A DNA stretch of 64,000 nucleotides, from positions 1 to 64,000 of the forward strand of contig JBGAGQ010000028.1 of assembly GCA_044226625.1 (NCBI GenBank), given 5' to 3'. The translations under genes and the position numbers were made by a program. Source of the DNA: Thermoanaerobaculia bacterium (lineage in GTDB: Bacteria > Acidobacteriota > Thermoanaerobaculia > Multivoradales > UBA5704). Below, piece after piece: positions 1 through 10,941 of the stretch (position 1 is the first letter of the stretch; every line of letters begins with the position of its first letter). The notes under the pieces were generated by a model. That model worked only from the letters and a program-made list of their open reading frames with translations. It was not told the origin of the DNA and ran no database searches.

Positions 1-306
1 GTCATGACTGCCTCCGGACCGAGCTTCGGCGCCATGGGTCACTCCCCCTTGCGGAGAAGCTTGGCGCCTCGACTCCCGTCTTCGATCAGGTCGTAAGACT
101 GGGTGTCGCCTTAGCTCTAGTCTCGGGTGTCGCTCGACAGAAGACGCGATCCTCGAACACCAGGGGCCATTCGACCGCGCGACGGAGATTCGCTCGGTGA
201 TCGAGTGCGTATTGGCCGACAACATCCGGCCCGCGTTTGCAGAGCTTTGGGCGGGCGCTCTGGAGACCGAGGATGACCTACTCGCCCGGTGGCGCGAGAA
301 GCGGAC

Positions 307-465
307 CTAGGCGGGCTTGGGCGCGTTCCTGCGCTCTTTGTAGTCGCGCTCCCGCTCGTCGATTTCCGCCTTTGGAATGGAAAGAACGCGGCGAGTCAGG
401 TCCGAGAACTTCTCGAATGGCGTACGTTCGGGCGGGGTCTTCCCGCCCGGCTCGTCTTCTGTCAT
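307..465 (-). CDS. Small 52-aa ORF directly downstream of the IS1595 transposase fragment (not in the ORF track)
   Basis: Manual translation MTEDEPGGKTPPERTPFEKFSDLTRRVLSIPKAEIDERERDYKERRNAPKPA*, with a purine-rich GAAGGGGGAAAA just before the ATG. Confidence 0.55.
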   Translation of the reverse strand: MTEDEPGGKTPPERTPFEKFSDLTRRVLSIPKAEIDERERDYKERRNAPKPA

Positions 466-501
466 TTTTCCCCCTTCGGTTTCTTCCCCCGTCCTTGACC
501 C

Positions 502-705
502 TTAGGCCGTGGTCGTTTGTCCGATCAACTCTTTGTACTGGACGCGGCGACCGATCAAGCCGGTGGCTGCGCGGACGAATCGGAGGGCATCGGTTCCCTT
601 CCGGAGGTTGAACCGGAAAATCTGCTCGTCCAAGTAGCGGAAGAGGTGGAACGGTTCGACGTTCACGTAGGTTCCCTTGATCGCCCGCTTCAAGAGGCTC
701 CAGAA
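502..705 (-). pseudogene. IS1595-family (ISXO2-like) transposase, C-terminal fragment
   Basis: FWSLLKRAIKGTYVNVEPFHLFRYLDEQIFRFN is the typical IS1595 C-terminal motif. The preceding codon is TAG (706-708), so the N-terminus and the DDE core are missing. Confidence 0.85.
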
Positions 706-707
706 CT

Positions 708-1190
708 AGCCGCCACCTCCTTCCCGAGACGACTTCGTTCGGGGTCGGACGCTTTGATAACTTTCAGGCATTCTTCGGTCGATCCGGGGCGCTGCAGATC
801 CTCGCACCTGAAGGCAAACAGCTCAGCGCACCCGCAGCAGAGTTGATCAAGCGCCATGCGGATCGATCAGATTTGACATTTGTAGAAATAATGCAGGCCG
901 AGTTGCTTGTGCTAATGATGGCTTTTGTTACTGAGGACGCATTCTGGTATCCGCAGACACTGCTATATCTGACAAGCTTGGGCGCTTTTCCGCTTTTTCT
1001 ACGGGCTGCCCGGCGCCGCGATTTCAAAAAGCTTGCCCGAATTACGGGGATTGATAGTGGGGACCAACTTCGGGAGGCCGTAAGGGCCGGGCTTCGGCGG
1101 TTGGAAACGAATCGGTGGAACGATTTCTGGATGGGAACTCACCCTTTTTGGGCGAGCATGAATCTGGATGCACTGGATACGATCAAGTGA
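708..1190 (+). pseudogene. 5'-truncated gene; resembles the C-terminal region of bacterial SEFIR/TIR-domain proteins
   Basis: Open frame 708-1190 with AT-richer codons: ...AAELIKRHADRSDLTFVEIMQAELL...WYPQTLLY...FPLFLRA..., and no start or RBS at the junction. Confidence 0.5.
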
Positions 1191-1385
1191 GAGAAGGGCG
1201 CAATGCGGTAAATCGACCGGCGTGTTAGTCTTTGCGGACCTTCTCGGACATGTCGGAGTGCTCGCGGAGATCACGCCCGAACATTTGACGCAGGCGGGAC
1301 CGATCTCGGTTTGAATGCGAGCAGAGCGATCTGCCCAACACCTTTCAGAGGTGCTCTGCGAGCTTGCGGGAGTTCCCAGTTCGTG

Positions 1386-1408
1386 GCTTGAGTTAAGCGA
1401 CCAAAGCC
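1386..1408. mobile_element. Possible IS1595-type terminal inverted repeat
   Basis: GCTTGAGTTAAGCGACCAAAGCC lies where the AT-richer DNA ends. The partner IR is not in the window. Confidence 0.25.
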
Positions 1409-1536
1409 AGAGAAGGGTGGGCCGGCTCCCAACCGCTCTAGGGGTGTCCGGCTTGGCCTTCCGGCGCAGCCGACCAGCCCCCCAACCCCCCTCAGCTATA
1501 CTCCGCCCTCCTGAAACGCTCCGAAGGGCTCAACCC

Positions 1537-3708
1537 ATGAAAAATACGCCTCACCCGCTCCGCCGCCTCACCCTCGCCCTCCTCACGCTCGCTTTCGCGC
1601 TCACCGCCTCAGTTGCCCAGGCCAAGGATCCGAGGCTCGTGATCCTTGGTTTCGACGGCGCGGATGCTGAGCTCGCGAAGCAGTGGATGGCCGAGGGGAA
1701 GCTGCCGAATCTCGCGAAGCTGGCCCAGGAGGGGACGTTTGCCCCGCTCCGGTCGACGATCCCGTCGCAGACCCCCGTCTCCTGGTCGACGTTCTCGACC
1801 GGGCTGAATCCGGGGCGGCACACGATCTTCGACTTCTTGAAGCGCGACGTCGACACCTACCGGCCGAGCTTCGCCATGTACGACCAGAAGCGGGTGCCGT
1901 TCCTCTGGGGGACCAAAAACCCGATCGTCGTCGGCGCGCTCGCGGCGCTCGCCCTGTTCCTGGTCGGGTTCCTCCTGCTCAAGGTCTTCCGCATGAAGAC
2001 CAAGACGGCCGTTGTGGCCGCCGTCGTGCTCGCGGCGCTCGCCGCGGGGGGCGGTGCGTGGGCGGCGAAGAAATACCTGCCCGTCGACCGGCCGATCGCG
2101 ATCAACCGCCAGCAGGGCGAGACCTTCTGGACCACGCTCGGGAAGGCGGGCAAGAGCGTCCGGGTCATGCGCATGCCGGTCACCTTCCCGCCGAAGCCGT
2201 TCGAGCACGGCGAGCTGCTCACCGGGCTCGGCACGCCCGATCTCTCGGGGCGCATCGGCAAGCCGTTCTTCTTCACCTCCGAGCTGTTCTTCACGCCGAA
2301 GGGGGGCGGCGACTTCTCGATCGACGTCGTCGAGCTGGTCGACAACAAGGGGACGATCGAGACCGAAATCCAGGGGCCGCCGAACGAGCTCTTCCCGGGC
2401 GACGGGCGCGACTACATCAAGATCCCGATGAAGCTCACGGTCGCCGAAGACCGCTCCAAGCTCGACATCGAGGTCTCCGGCCAGAAACTCTCCCTGAAGC
2501 CGGGCGAGTGGAGCGACTGGGCGCGGTTCGTCTTCCCGTTCAATCCGGTGATCAAGCTCCACGGCATCGGCAAGTTCCGGCTCGTCTCGCTCGATCCGGA
2601 GGTGCGGCTCTACCTCTCGCCGATCCAGTGGGATCCCACGAACCTGCCGCCGGTCCTCGACATCTCGACGCCGCGCTCGTTCGCGGGCAAGCTCGCCGAC
2701 CGGTTCGGGCTGTTCAAGACGATCGGTTGGACCATCGACACCTGGTCGATGAACGACGGCACGATCGACGAGGGGATCTTCCTCGAAGACATGCGCGCCA
2801 CGGTCGCCAAGGACAAGGAGATGCTCCTGTCCATGCTCGACGACCCGTCCTGGGACGTGCTGATCGACTACTTCGAGTTCACCGACCGGGTGCAGCACAT
2901 CATGTTCCGCTTCCTCGATCCGAAACATCCGCTCTACACGGAAGAAGGGGCGAAGAAGTGGGGCGGCTCGGTGCTCGAGGCGTACCAGAAAATGGACGAG
3001 ATCGTCGGCGAGACGATGAAGAAGCTCGGCCCCGACACCAAGCTGATCGTGGTCTCGGACCATGGCTTCGCGTCGTTCCGCCGCGGGATGAACTACAACA
3101 CCTGGCTGGTCGAGAACGGCTACATGGTCCTGAACGGCCAGGAAGCCGGGCGGAAGAACCTCGAAGAGCTGTTCTCGGGCCAAGGCAAGTTCTTCACCAA
3201 CGTCGACTGGAGCCGGACTCGCGCGTATTACGTGGGGTTGGGCGGCATCTACCTCAACTTGAAGGGCCGCGAGGCGAAGGGCATCGTCGATCCGAAGGAC
3301 GCCGCGGCGCTCACCGCCGAGATCAAGGCGAAGCTCGAAGCGTTCGTCGACGACAAGACGGGGGAGAAGCCGGTCGCCCACGTCTTCACGCGCGACGAGG
3401 CGTACGGCGTCTACGACCCGCAGCTGATCCCGGAGATGATCCCTTCGAACAGCCGCGGCTATCGCGTCGGCTGGCAGGACTCGCTCGGCGGCATCGGCAC
3501 CTCGATCGTCGAGGACAACACGCAGGTCTGGAGCGGCGACCACTGCTCGGTCTATCCGCCGCTGGTGAACGGCATCCTGTTCTCGAACCTGAAGCTGAAC
3601 GCCAAGGACGCCTACATGGGCGACGTGATGCCGACGGTGCTCGAGCTCTACAAGGTGGCGCCGCCCGAGAAGCTCGACGGCAAGAGCCTGCTGGGGCCGG
3701 GGAACTAG
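1537..3708 (+). CDS. Alkaline phosphatase superfamily, type I phosphodiesterase/nucleotide pyrophosphatase, membrane-associated
   Basis: Signal peptide, ILGFDGAD, PSQTPVSWSTFSTG, TDRVQH, VVSDHGF, WSGDH, and two internal TM helices. Confidence 0.85.
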   Translation: MKNTPHPLRRLTLALLTLAFALTASVAQAKDPRLVILGFDGADAELAKQWMAEGKLPNLAKLAQEGTFAPLRSTIPSQTPVSWSTFSTGLNPGRHTIFDFLKRDVDTYRPSFAMYDQKRVPFLWGTKNPIVVGALAALALFLVGFLLLKVFRMKTKTAVVAAVVLAALAAGGGAWAAKKYLPVDRPIAINRQQGETFWTTLGKAGKSVRVMRMPVTFPPKPFEHGELLTGLGTPDLSGRIGKPFFFTSELFFTPKGGGDFSIDVVELVDNKGTIETEIQGPPNELFPGDGRDYIKIPMKLTVAEDRSKLDIEVSGQKLSLKPGEWSDWARFVFPFNPVIKLHGIGKFRLVSLDPEVRLYLSPIQWDPTNLPPVLDISTPRSFAGKLADRFGLFKTIGWTIDTWSMNDGTIDEGIFLEDMRATVAKDKEMLLSMLDDPSWDVLIDYFEFTDRVQHIMFRFLDPKHPLYTEEGAKKWGGSVLEAYQKMDEIVGETMKKLGPDTKLIVVSDHGFASFRRGMNYNTWLVENGYMVLNGQEAGRKNLEELFSGQGKFFTNVDWSRTRAYYVGLGGIYLNLKGREAKGIVDPKDAAALTAEIKAKLEAFVDDKTGEKPVAHVFTRDEAYGVYDPQLIPEMIPSNSRGYRVGWQDSLGGIGTSIVEDNTQVWSGDHCSVYPPLVNGILFSNLKLNAKDAYMGDVMPTVLELYKVAPPEKLDGKSLLGPGN

Positions 3709-3739
3709 AGAGGCGAGGACGGAGGGTTCTCGGAGCGCC

Positions 3740-3988
3740 ATGAGCGGCACCGCCACGCTGCGCAACCTCGGCCCGAAGTCGGGCTCGTGGCTCGCGGCCG
3801 TGGGGATCGAGACGATCGACGATCTGGAGGCGGTGGGCCCGGCCGAGGCCTACCGCCGCTGCCGCGACGGGGGATTCCCCGTCTCCTTGAATCTCCTGTG
3901 GGCCTTGGCGGGCGCGCTGTACGACCTGCCCTGGAACCAGCTGCCCGCCGCGATGAAGGACGAGTTGCGGCGAGCGGTCGAGGGGTAG
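3740..3988 (+). CDS. TfoX C-terminal domain protein
   Basis: LRNLGPKS..WL..VGI.TIDDL..VG..EAY.R...SLNLLWAL.GA. Confidence 0.85.
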   Translation: MSGTATLRNLGPKSGSWLAAVGIETIDDLEAVGPAEAYRRCRDGGFPVSLNLLWALAGALYDLPWNQLPAAMKDELRRAVEG

Positions 3989-3992
3989 CCGG

Positions 3993-5219
3993 ATGCCCCG
4001 CGATCGAGGCCACTCGGAAAGCGGGGCCTCGCCCCAGGGGCGCTGTCTCCGGCGATGGGGCGCCGGTCTCCTCTTCACGGTCCTCGCGCTCGGCGCGCAG
4101 CCCACGCCGGGCCAGCCGCCGGCGGGCGGGCCCGAATCGGCCGCCTCGGCGGTCAAGCAGCGGGAGCGGGAGCTGTTGGACATCCGCGCCCGGATCGGTA
4201 CGCTCAAGAACCGTCTGATCGAGGTGCGGCGCGCGCAGACCGGGTTCGCCGGGGAGCTGCAGGCGGCCGATCTCGATCTCGACCTACAAAAAGAGCAGCT
4301 GGCCGAGGCGGTCGCCGCGCGCGACCTCGCGGCCCGGCGCGAGGCGGCGATCGCCGCGGAGGTTGTCCGCCTCACCGGGGAGCTCGAGGCGGCGAAGCAG
4401 GGGCTCGAGCGGAGGCTTTCGGGCCTCTACCGGTTCGGGCGCGAGGGGTACCTGCGGCTGCTGCTCACGCTCCATCCGGACAGCCGCCTGCTCCCTTCGG
4501 TCCGCCTGCTCCGCTTCCTCGCCACACGAGACGCCCAGGCGATCGAGCGCTACCGGTCCTCTCAGGCGGCGCTCGCGGTCGAGCGCGAGCGGTTGGGCGC
4601 GGAGCGCAAGGCGAGCGAGCTTTGGGTCGGGCGGGAGGAGGCGCGGCGGCGGGACCTGGTCGCCCTCCGCGGACGCCGGGCGCTGCTCCTCGCGCGGGCC
4701 GAGCGGGAGGGCAAGACGCTCGCGGCCGAGGAGGGCGCTCTCACGGAGAAGGAGCGGAAGCTCGCGAACCTGATCGACCTGCTGTACGGGCGGAATCAGG
4801 GGAGCGCCGGATCGCTCGGCTCACCGATCCAGCAGGTGCGCGGCCTGCTCGACTGGCCGGCGCGCGGCCAGGTCAAGGAAGGCTTCGGGCCGCGGCTCGA
4901 TCCGCGCTACCGCACGGAAGTGCCGCACAACGGGATCGACCTCGCGACCGAGCCGGGCGGCGAGGTGCGGGCGATCTACCCGGGCAAGGTGATCTACGCG
5001 GCTCCGTTCCAGGGGTACGGTTGGACCGTCGTACTGAAGCACTCCGGGCAGGTGCTGTCGCTCGCGGCCGGGATGTCCAGCCTCCGGGTGGGCTCGGGCG
5101 ATATGGTATCTTTGGCCCAGGTGGTAGGCGTCGCGACCGACACCTTGTACTTCGAGATTCGCGCGGAGAATCGCCCCGAGGACCCTCTCACCTGGCTCCG
5201 TTCCACGAGGTCGCCATGA
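3993..5219 (+). CDS. envC: EnvC-like murein hydrolase activator (coiled coil plus degenerate M23 domain)
   Basis: Long coiled coil, then LDWPARG, HNGIDL, GYG; the HxH zinc motif is absent, as in EnvC. Start codon uncertain. Confidence 0.75.
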   Translation: MPRDRGHSESGASPQGRCLRRWGAGLLFTVLALGAQPTPGQPPAGGPESAASAVKQRERELLDIRARIGTLKNRLIEVRRAQTGFAGELQAADLDLDLQKEQLAEAVAARDLAARREAAIAAEVVRLTGELEAAKQGLERRLSGLYRFGREGYLRLLLTLHPDSRLLPSVRLLRFLATRDAQAIERYRSSQAALAVERERLGAERKASELWVGREEARRRDLVALRGRRALLLARAEREGKTLAAEEGALTEKERKLANLIDLLYGRNQGSAGSLGSPIQQVRGLLDWPARGQVKEGFGPRLDPRYRTEVPHNGIDLATEPGGEVRAIYPGKVIYAAPFQGYGWTVVLKHSGQVLSLAAGMSSLRVGSGDMVSLAQVVGVATDTLYFEIRAENRPEDPLTWLRSTRSP

Positions 5220-6397
5220 GTCGCAGCCGCATCGCCTTCCTGTTCGCTTCCCTCTTCCTGGTCCTGCCGATGATCGCATCGACGTTCCTCTACGCCGCGG
5301 ATCGCGGCTCGGCGGACGGCAAGGGGGACTCGCTCACGAAATACCTCGGCGTCTTCACCGAGGTGCTGAATCTGGTGCGCCAGACCTACGTCGACAAGAC
5401 CGACATCACCTCGCTGATGGCGAGCGCGATGGACGGCACGACGGAGGCGCTCGATCCCTTCTCGCAGTACGTGCCGCCGGCTTCGGTCTCGCGGTATCTG
5501 GAGGCGCAGAAGGTGGGCGCCACCCGGAGCGGCCTCCACCTGGTCAAGGACAACGGCATCGTCTACGTGGTGGCGATCGAGACGGGCGGACCGGCGAAGA
5601 AAGCCGGCGTGCAGATCGGTGACATCCTGGTCGAGGCGGCGGGCAAGGACGCGCATCGCCTGCCGCTCTGGGAGGTCGAAGAGGTCTTCGCCGGCGAGCC
5701 GGGAAGCAAGGTGCCCCTGCGCCTGCTCCGCCTGGGCGAGACGCGGAACGTGACCGTGGAGCTCGGCGCCGTGACGCCGGCCCCGCCGAGCCTCGAGCGG
5801 GTCGAGGGTCTGCCGGTCCTCGCGGTACCGAGCTTCGGCGAGCGGACCGCCTGGGCGACGCGCTCTCTGCTGACCAAGAAGAAGGTTGGCGATCGCCTGA
5901 TCGTCGACCTGCGGGGAATCGCGGGCGGCGATCCGGAGGCGGCCTACGAGGTCGCCCGGCTGTTCACCCGCGGCGACCTCGGCGCGCTGCTCGGCCGGAA
6001 GGGGCAGATCTCGACCTTCACCGGCAGCGAGGCGCCGGTCTGGAAGGGGGGCCGCCTCGTCGTCCTGGTCGACCGCGGCACTCTCGGGGCGGCCGAAGTG
6101 CTGGCGACGGTCCTGGCGCAGAAGGTCGATGCCGAGGTGGTGGGCGAGCGGACGTTCGGCTACGCCGGGCGCCTGGCTTCGGCCGATCTGTCGAACGGCG
6201 GCCGGTTGATCTATACCGACGCTTTCTATTCCGGCCCCGATCGCAAGCCGCTCAACGAGGCGATCCTTCCCGATGTCCAGGTCGACGAACGGTCGCGCAC
6301 GTTCGAGGACAAGGACACCCCCCTCGACGACCTGATCTTGAAGCAGGGCTTGCGCCGCGTTCAGGCGGAGCCGGAAGCGGCGAAGAAAGCCGCGTAG
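5216..6397 (+). CDS. S41/CtpA-like PDZ protein, apparently lacking the catalytic Ser and Lys
   Basis: ATGA overlap with the upstream gene; LDPFSQY, PDZ region, DLRGIAGG, LVVLVDRGTLGAAEV, VGERTFGYAG. Confidence 0.8.
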   Translation: MSRSRIAFLFASLFLVLPMIASTFLYAADRGSADGKGDSLTKYLGVFTEVLNLVRQTYVDKTDITSLMASAMDGTTEALDPFSQYVPPASVSRYLEAQKVGATRSGLHLVKDNGIVYVVAIETGGPAKKAGVQIGDILVEAAGKDAHRLPLWEVEEVFAGEPGSKVPLRLLRLGETRNVTVELGAVTPAPPSLERVEGLPVLAVPSFGERTAWATRSLLTKKKVGDRLIVDLRGIAGGDPEAAYEVARLFTRGDLGALLGRKGQISTFTGSEAPVWKGGRLVVLVDRGTLGAAEVLATVLAQKVDAEVVGERTFGYAGRLASADLSNGGRLIYTDAFYSGPDRKPLNEAILPDVQVDERSRTFEDKDTPLDDLILKQGLRRVQAEPEAAKKAA

Positions 6398-6453
6398 GCC
6401 GTTTCGGGCCTCGGGGCTGGGCCGCCGAGCGGTCCGCCCCGACCCTCTAAAGC

Positions 6454-7473
6454 ATGCCGCCCTACAAACGAAGCACCCAGCGCACCTCCCCGAAGGGAAG
6501 CGGCCGTGGGTCGCGCTCCGGAAAATCGTCCGGCGGTTCGAGCGGGGGCTCGAACGGCGGTTCGAATGGCCGCCGCGCGACGATCGTCGTGCTCGGCCTG
6601 CTCGCCGCGCTGGCGGCGGTCTACCTCTCCTGCCAGACGCGGGGCGGGGAAGAGAAGACCGGCACCGGAAAAACGTCGCGAGCCTCGACCGGACATACCG
6701 GCTCGGCCTCGTCGCGTGGCACGCGCGGCCAGGGCTCGAAACGCCACGGCGTGCCGGAGCAGGGCGGGGTGAGCTCGTCCGTCCCCTCGGCGGCAGGGCC
6801 GCGGATCGCGATCGTCATCGACGACCTCGGCCGCGAAGAGACCGAGATCGAGGAGATCGAATCGTTCCAGGTGCCGATCACCTACTCGGTCCTCCCCTAC
6901 GAGGAGCAGACGGGCGCGGTCGTGGCGGAGCTCGAGACGCGCGGCGAGGAGATGCTCTGCCACCTGCCGATGGAGCCCGAAGGTGCGGGCGACCCGGGGC
7001 CCGGAGCACTCCTCTCGGCGATGACCGAGGCGGAGCTGGTCGAGGCCACCGATCGCGCGCTCGCGGCGGTACCGGGGGCCGTGGGCGTGAACAACCACAT
7101 GGGCTCCGGGCTCTCCGCGGACCCGCGGGCGATGCGCCCGGTGCTCGCGCGGCTGGCGAAGAAGCACCTGTTCTTCCTCGATTCCCGAACCAGCGCGAAG
7201 AGCGTCGGCTACCGCATGGCGATCGAGCTGGGGGTCCCGGCGGCGGAGCGGCAGGTGTTCCTCGACGACGTCGAAGAGCCCGCGGCGATCCGCGCCCAAT
7301 TCGCCCGCCTGCTCGCGCTCGCCCGAAAGCGAGGGGCGGCGATCGCGATCGGCCACCCTCACCCCAACACCCTCGCGGTCCTCGCCGAGGAGATCCCGAA
7401 AGCGGTGGCGGACGGCTTCGAGATCGTCCCGGTAAGCTACCTGCTGGATCACCCGGGAGAGCTGCCGGAGTAG
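6454..7473 (+). CDS. Divergent polysaccharide deacetylase (YibQ family)
   Basis: IAIVIDDLG, HLPMEP, GVNNHMGS, FLDSRT, IAIGHP, plus an N-terminal TM anchor. Confidence 0.9.
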   Translation: MPPYKRSTQRTSPKGSGRGSRSGKSSGGSSGGSNGGSNGRRATIVVLGLLAALAAVYLSCQTRGGEEKTGTGKTSRASTGHTGSASSRGTRGQGSKRHGVPEQGGVSSSVPSAAGPRIAIVIDDLGREETEIEEIESFQVPITYSVLPYEEQTGAVVAELETRGEEMLCHLPMEPEGAGDPGPGALLSAMTEAELVEATDRALAAVPGAVGVNNHMGSGLSADPRAMRPVLARLAKKHLFFLDSRTSAKSVGYRMAIELGVPAAERQVFLDDVEEPAAIRAQFARLLALARKRGAAIAIGHPHPNTLAVLAEEIPKAVADGFEIVPVSYLLDHPGELPE

Positions 7474-7510
7474 GGGCGGCCGGACTTTCGAGGTTAGGGG
7501 GCCGCCGGAT

Positions 7511-10092
7511 TCACTCGTCGCGCAGCACTTCGATCGGCCGGCGTTCCAGAGCTCGTACGCTCGCCGCGAGGCCGGCGACCACGGAGAGGGTGATCGCGAG
7601 GGCGAGCCCCAATCCGAGCCGTGGGAGGTCGATTTCGTAGGGGAGCTCGAAGCCCCGCGTGATGACCCCCCAGCTGATCGCCGCTCCGGCGGCCGTGCCG
7701 AGGAGGCCGGCGACGGCTCCGATCAGGGCGTATTCGACCGCAAACGCGGTCGCGACCTGCCGGCGCGTCATGCCGAGGGTCTTGAGCAGGGCGACCTCGC
7801 GTCCGCGCCGCACCGAGCCGGCACTGATCGCCCCGGCGAGGATGGCGATGCCGGACAGAGCGGTGAAGCCGCCGAGGAAGCGGACGCCGAGCCCGATCCG
7901 TTCGAGCACGCCGAGGATCTTGCTCAGGATCTCGCGGATGCGCAGGAAGGTGACGTTCGGGTACGCCGCGGCAAGGAGGTCCTGGACGCGCTGCTCGCTG
8001 CCGGTCGCGAGGCGGGCGGTCGCCACCCGCTGCTGCGGCGCCTGCTCGAGGACGCCGGGCTCGACCACCAGATAGAAGTTGATGCCGAAGGTTCCCCAGT
8101 CGACCGTGCGCAGGCTGGTCACCACGAGGTCGATCGGCACCCCCTGGACGTCGAAACCGAGGTGGCTGCCGAGACCCACGCCGAGGTCCTCGGCGAACGA
8201 CTGCTCGAGGCTCACCTCCCCCTGGCGGGGGTCGCTCCAGAGCTTGCCCGCGACGATCACGTTGTCGGCGGGGAGCTTCTCGAGGTAGGTGAGCCGCTGC
8301 TCGCGGGTGAGCGCCCAGCGCCGGCCGCGCTCCTCGCGGCTTTCGTTGTCGTCTCGTTCCGGGCGTCGTCCGCGCCGCTCGGCGGCGATCTGGTCGACGG
8401 GCCGGCCGTCGATCGAGCGGATGCGCGCCATCACGACGGGGACCGATTCGATCCGGTCAGCCCGAGAGCGGGTGAGGAGGGCGCGCACGCCCTCCCACTG
8501 CTCGGGCTGGATGTCGACCATGAACGCGCTCGGCGCGTTGGTCGGCAGGTCGCGCTTGAGCTCGTGGGAGATCCGGTGCTCGACCAGCGACATGGTGAGG
8601 ACCGTGATCACGCCGAGCCCCAGGGCGACGATCGCACCGACCGTGGCGGCGCCCGGACGGACCAGTGCGCCGAGGCCGTGGCGTAGCGCGACGCTCGAAA
8701 ATCGGGGCAGCTTGCCGATCGAGCGGGCGAGGCCGGTCGCCCCGGCGGCGAGCACCGCGGTCGCGAGGGAGAGCGCCCCGACGAACTGGGCGGAGAGGAG
8801 CGGCGACTTGGTCTGAGCGTAGGTGAGCGCGAGCAGGCCCAGGGCGAGCGCCACGAACGCGAAAACCGCCGTCATGCGATGGACCGGCAGCGGCTCGGCG
8901 TCGCGGCGCAGCACGCGCGAGGGGGGGACGCGCAGCAGGCCGGCGAGCGGCGGCAGGCTGAACAGGAGCGCCACCCCGACCCCGAGCGCGAGGCCGCGCA
9001 GGAGCGCGCCGGGCTGCCAGGGCTGGATCAGCGCGGCGGGGACCAGGTCGCCGAACAGGCGGGGGATCGCGAGCTGGACGGCCACGCCGAGCGCGATTCC
9101 GATCAGGCTGCCGACGAGGCCGAGGAAGGCGGTCTGGCCGAGGTAGAGCGTGAGCACCTCGCGCGGCCGGAGGCCGAGGCATTTGAGGATCGCGATCGCG
9201 TCCAGGCGTCCGGCGAGCCAGGCGCGCACGCTCTGGGCGACGCCGATGCCGCCGACGAACAGCGAGAGCAGGGCGACCAGGCCGAGGAAGCGGCCGACCT
9301 GCGCGAAGCTCCGGCGCAGCTGCGGCTGCGCCTGGCGATAGGTCTCGACGCGATAGGCCTCGTTGGCCGGCAGGGCGGCGCGCACGCGCTCGGCGAGCTT
9401 GTCGAGGCCCGCGGCCGGGGTGGAGCCGGGGACCGCGATGAGGGTCGTGTACGAGACGCGGCTCCCCTTTGCGATCAGCCCGGCGCGCGCGAGCCCCTCC
9501 ATCGACAGGAACACCCGCGGGCCGAACGCCGCGCCGATGCCCACCCGGTCGGGCTCGGCCGAGACCTGGCCGGCGACGCGGAAATCCGCGGTGCCGATGC
9601 GGAAGACGAGCGGCGGACCGCCCGGCCGTTCGCGAAGCCCCAGGGCGCCGAGCAGCTCGGGCGCCACCACCGCCGTCTCGGGCGTGAGCAGCGCGGCGAG
9701 CGGCCGGTTTGGAACGACCGAGAGCTTGCCGTAGAACGGATAGCCGCGCTCGACGGCCTTGAGCTCGACGAGCTGGCTTCGGCCGGGTTTGCCGTCCTTG
9801 GGCGGCGCGGCGACGACGGTCACCATCTCGCGGACGGCGGCGGTCCGCGAGCCCGGGGGGAGCAGGCGGGAGAGGTCGAGCTCGGGAGGCAGCGCGCGGC
9901 GGCTTTCGATCGACAGATCGGCCGCGAGCAGCTGCCGCGCTTCCGAGCGGATGCCGGAGTCGAGCCCCGAGGCGAGCCCAGCGATCGCGACCACCGCGGC
10001 GACCCCCACGGCGAGGCAGGCGACGAAGAACGCGAAACGGCCGAACGCGCCGCGCGATTCGCGGAGCATCCAGGTCAGGAGGGTGCGCGGCT

Positions 10093-10096
<4 letters not shown>
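7511..10096 (-). CDS. ybbP: YbbP-like ABC transporter permease (FtsX/MacB type)
   Basis: TTG start overlapping the ATPase stop; LLAADL, YPFYG, multiple TM helices, EVALLKTLG. Confidence 0.85.
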
Positions 10097-10863
<767 letters not shown>

Positions 10864-10941
10864 GGGGGTCTTTCGTGAGACTTCCTAACCGTTCCCGCCC
10901 CTCGGGCATTTCCCATGGGGCGGCGAGGTTACGATGGGGCG

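Noticed and set aside
1-310. Possible + strand gene end (…TEIRSVIECVLADNIRPAF…) at the window edge
   Set aside because: No clear start, a possible frameshift, and truncation by the window edge; cannot be supported as a feature.
1609-3765. Long antisense and alternate-frame ORFs here and throughout (e.g. 42597-44432, 55399-57036, 61292-63967)
   Set aside because: Arg/Pro/Gly-rich or codon-mirror shadows of real genes, caused by high GC and scarce stop codons.
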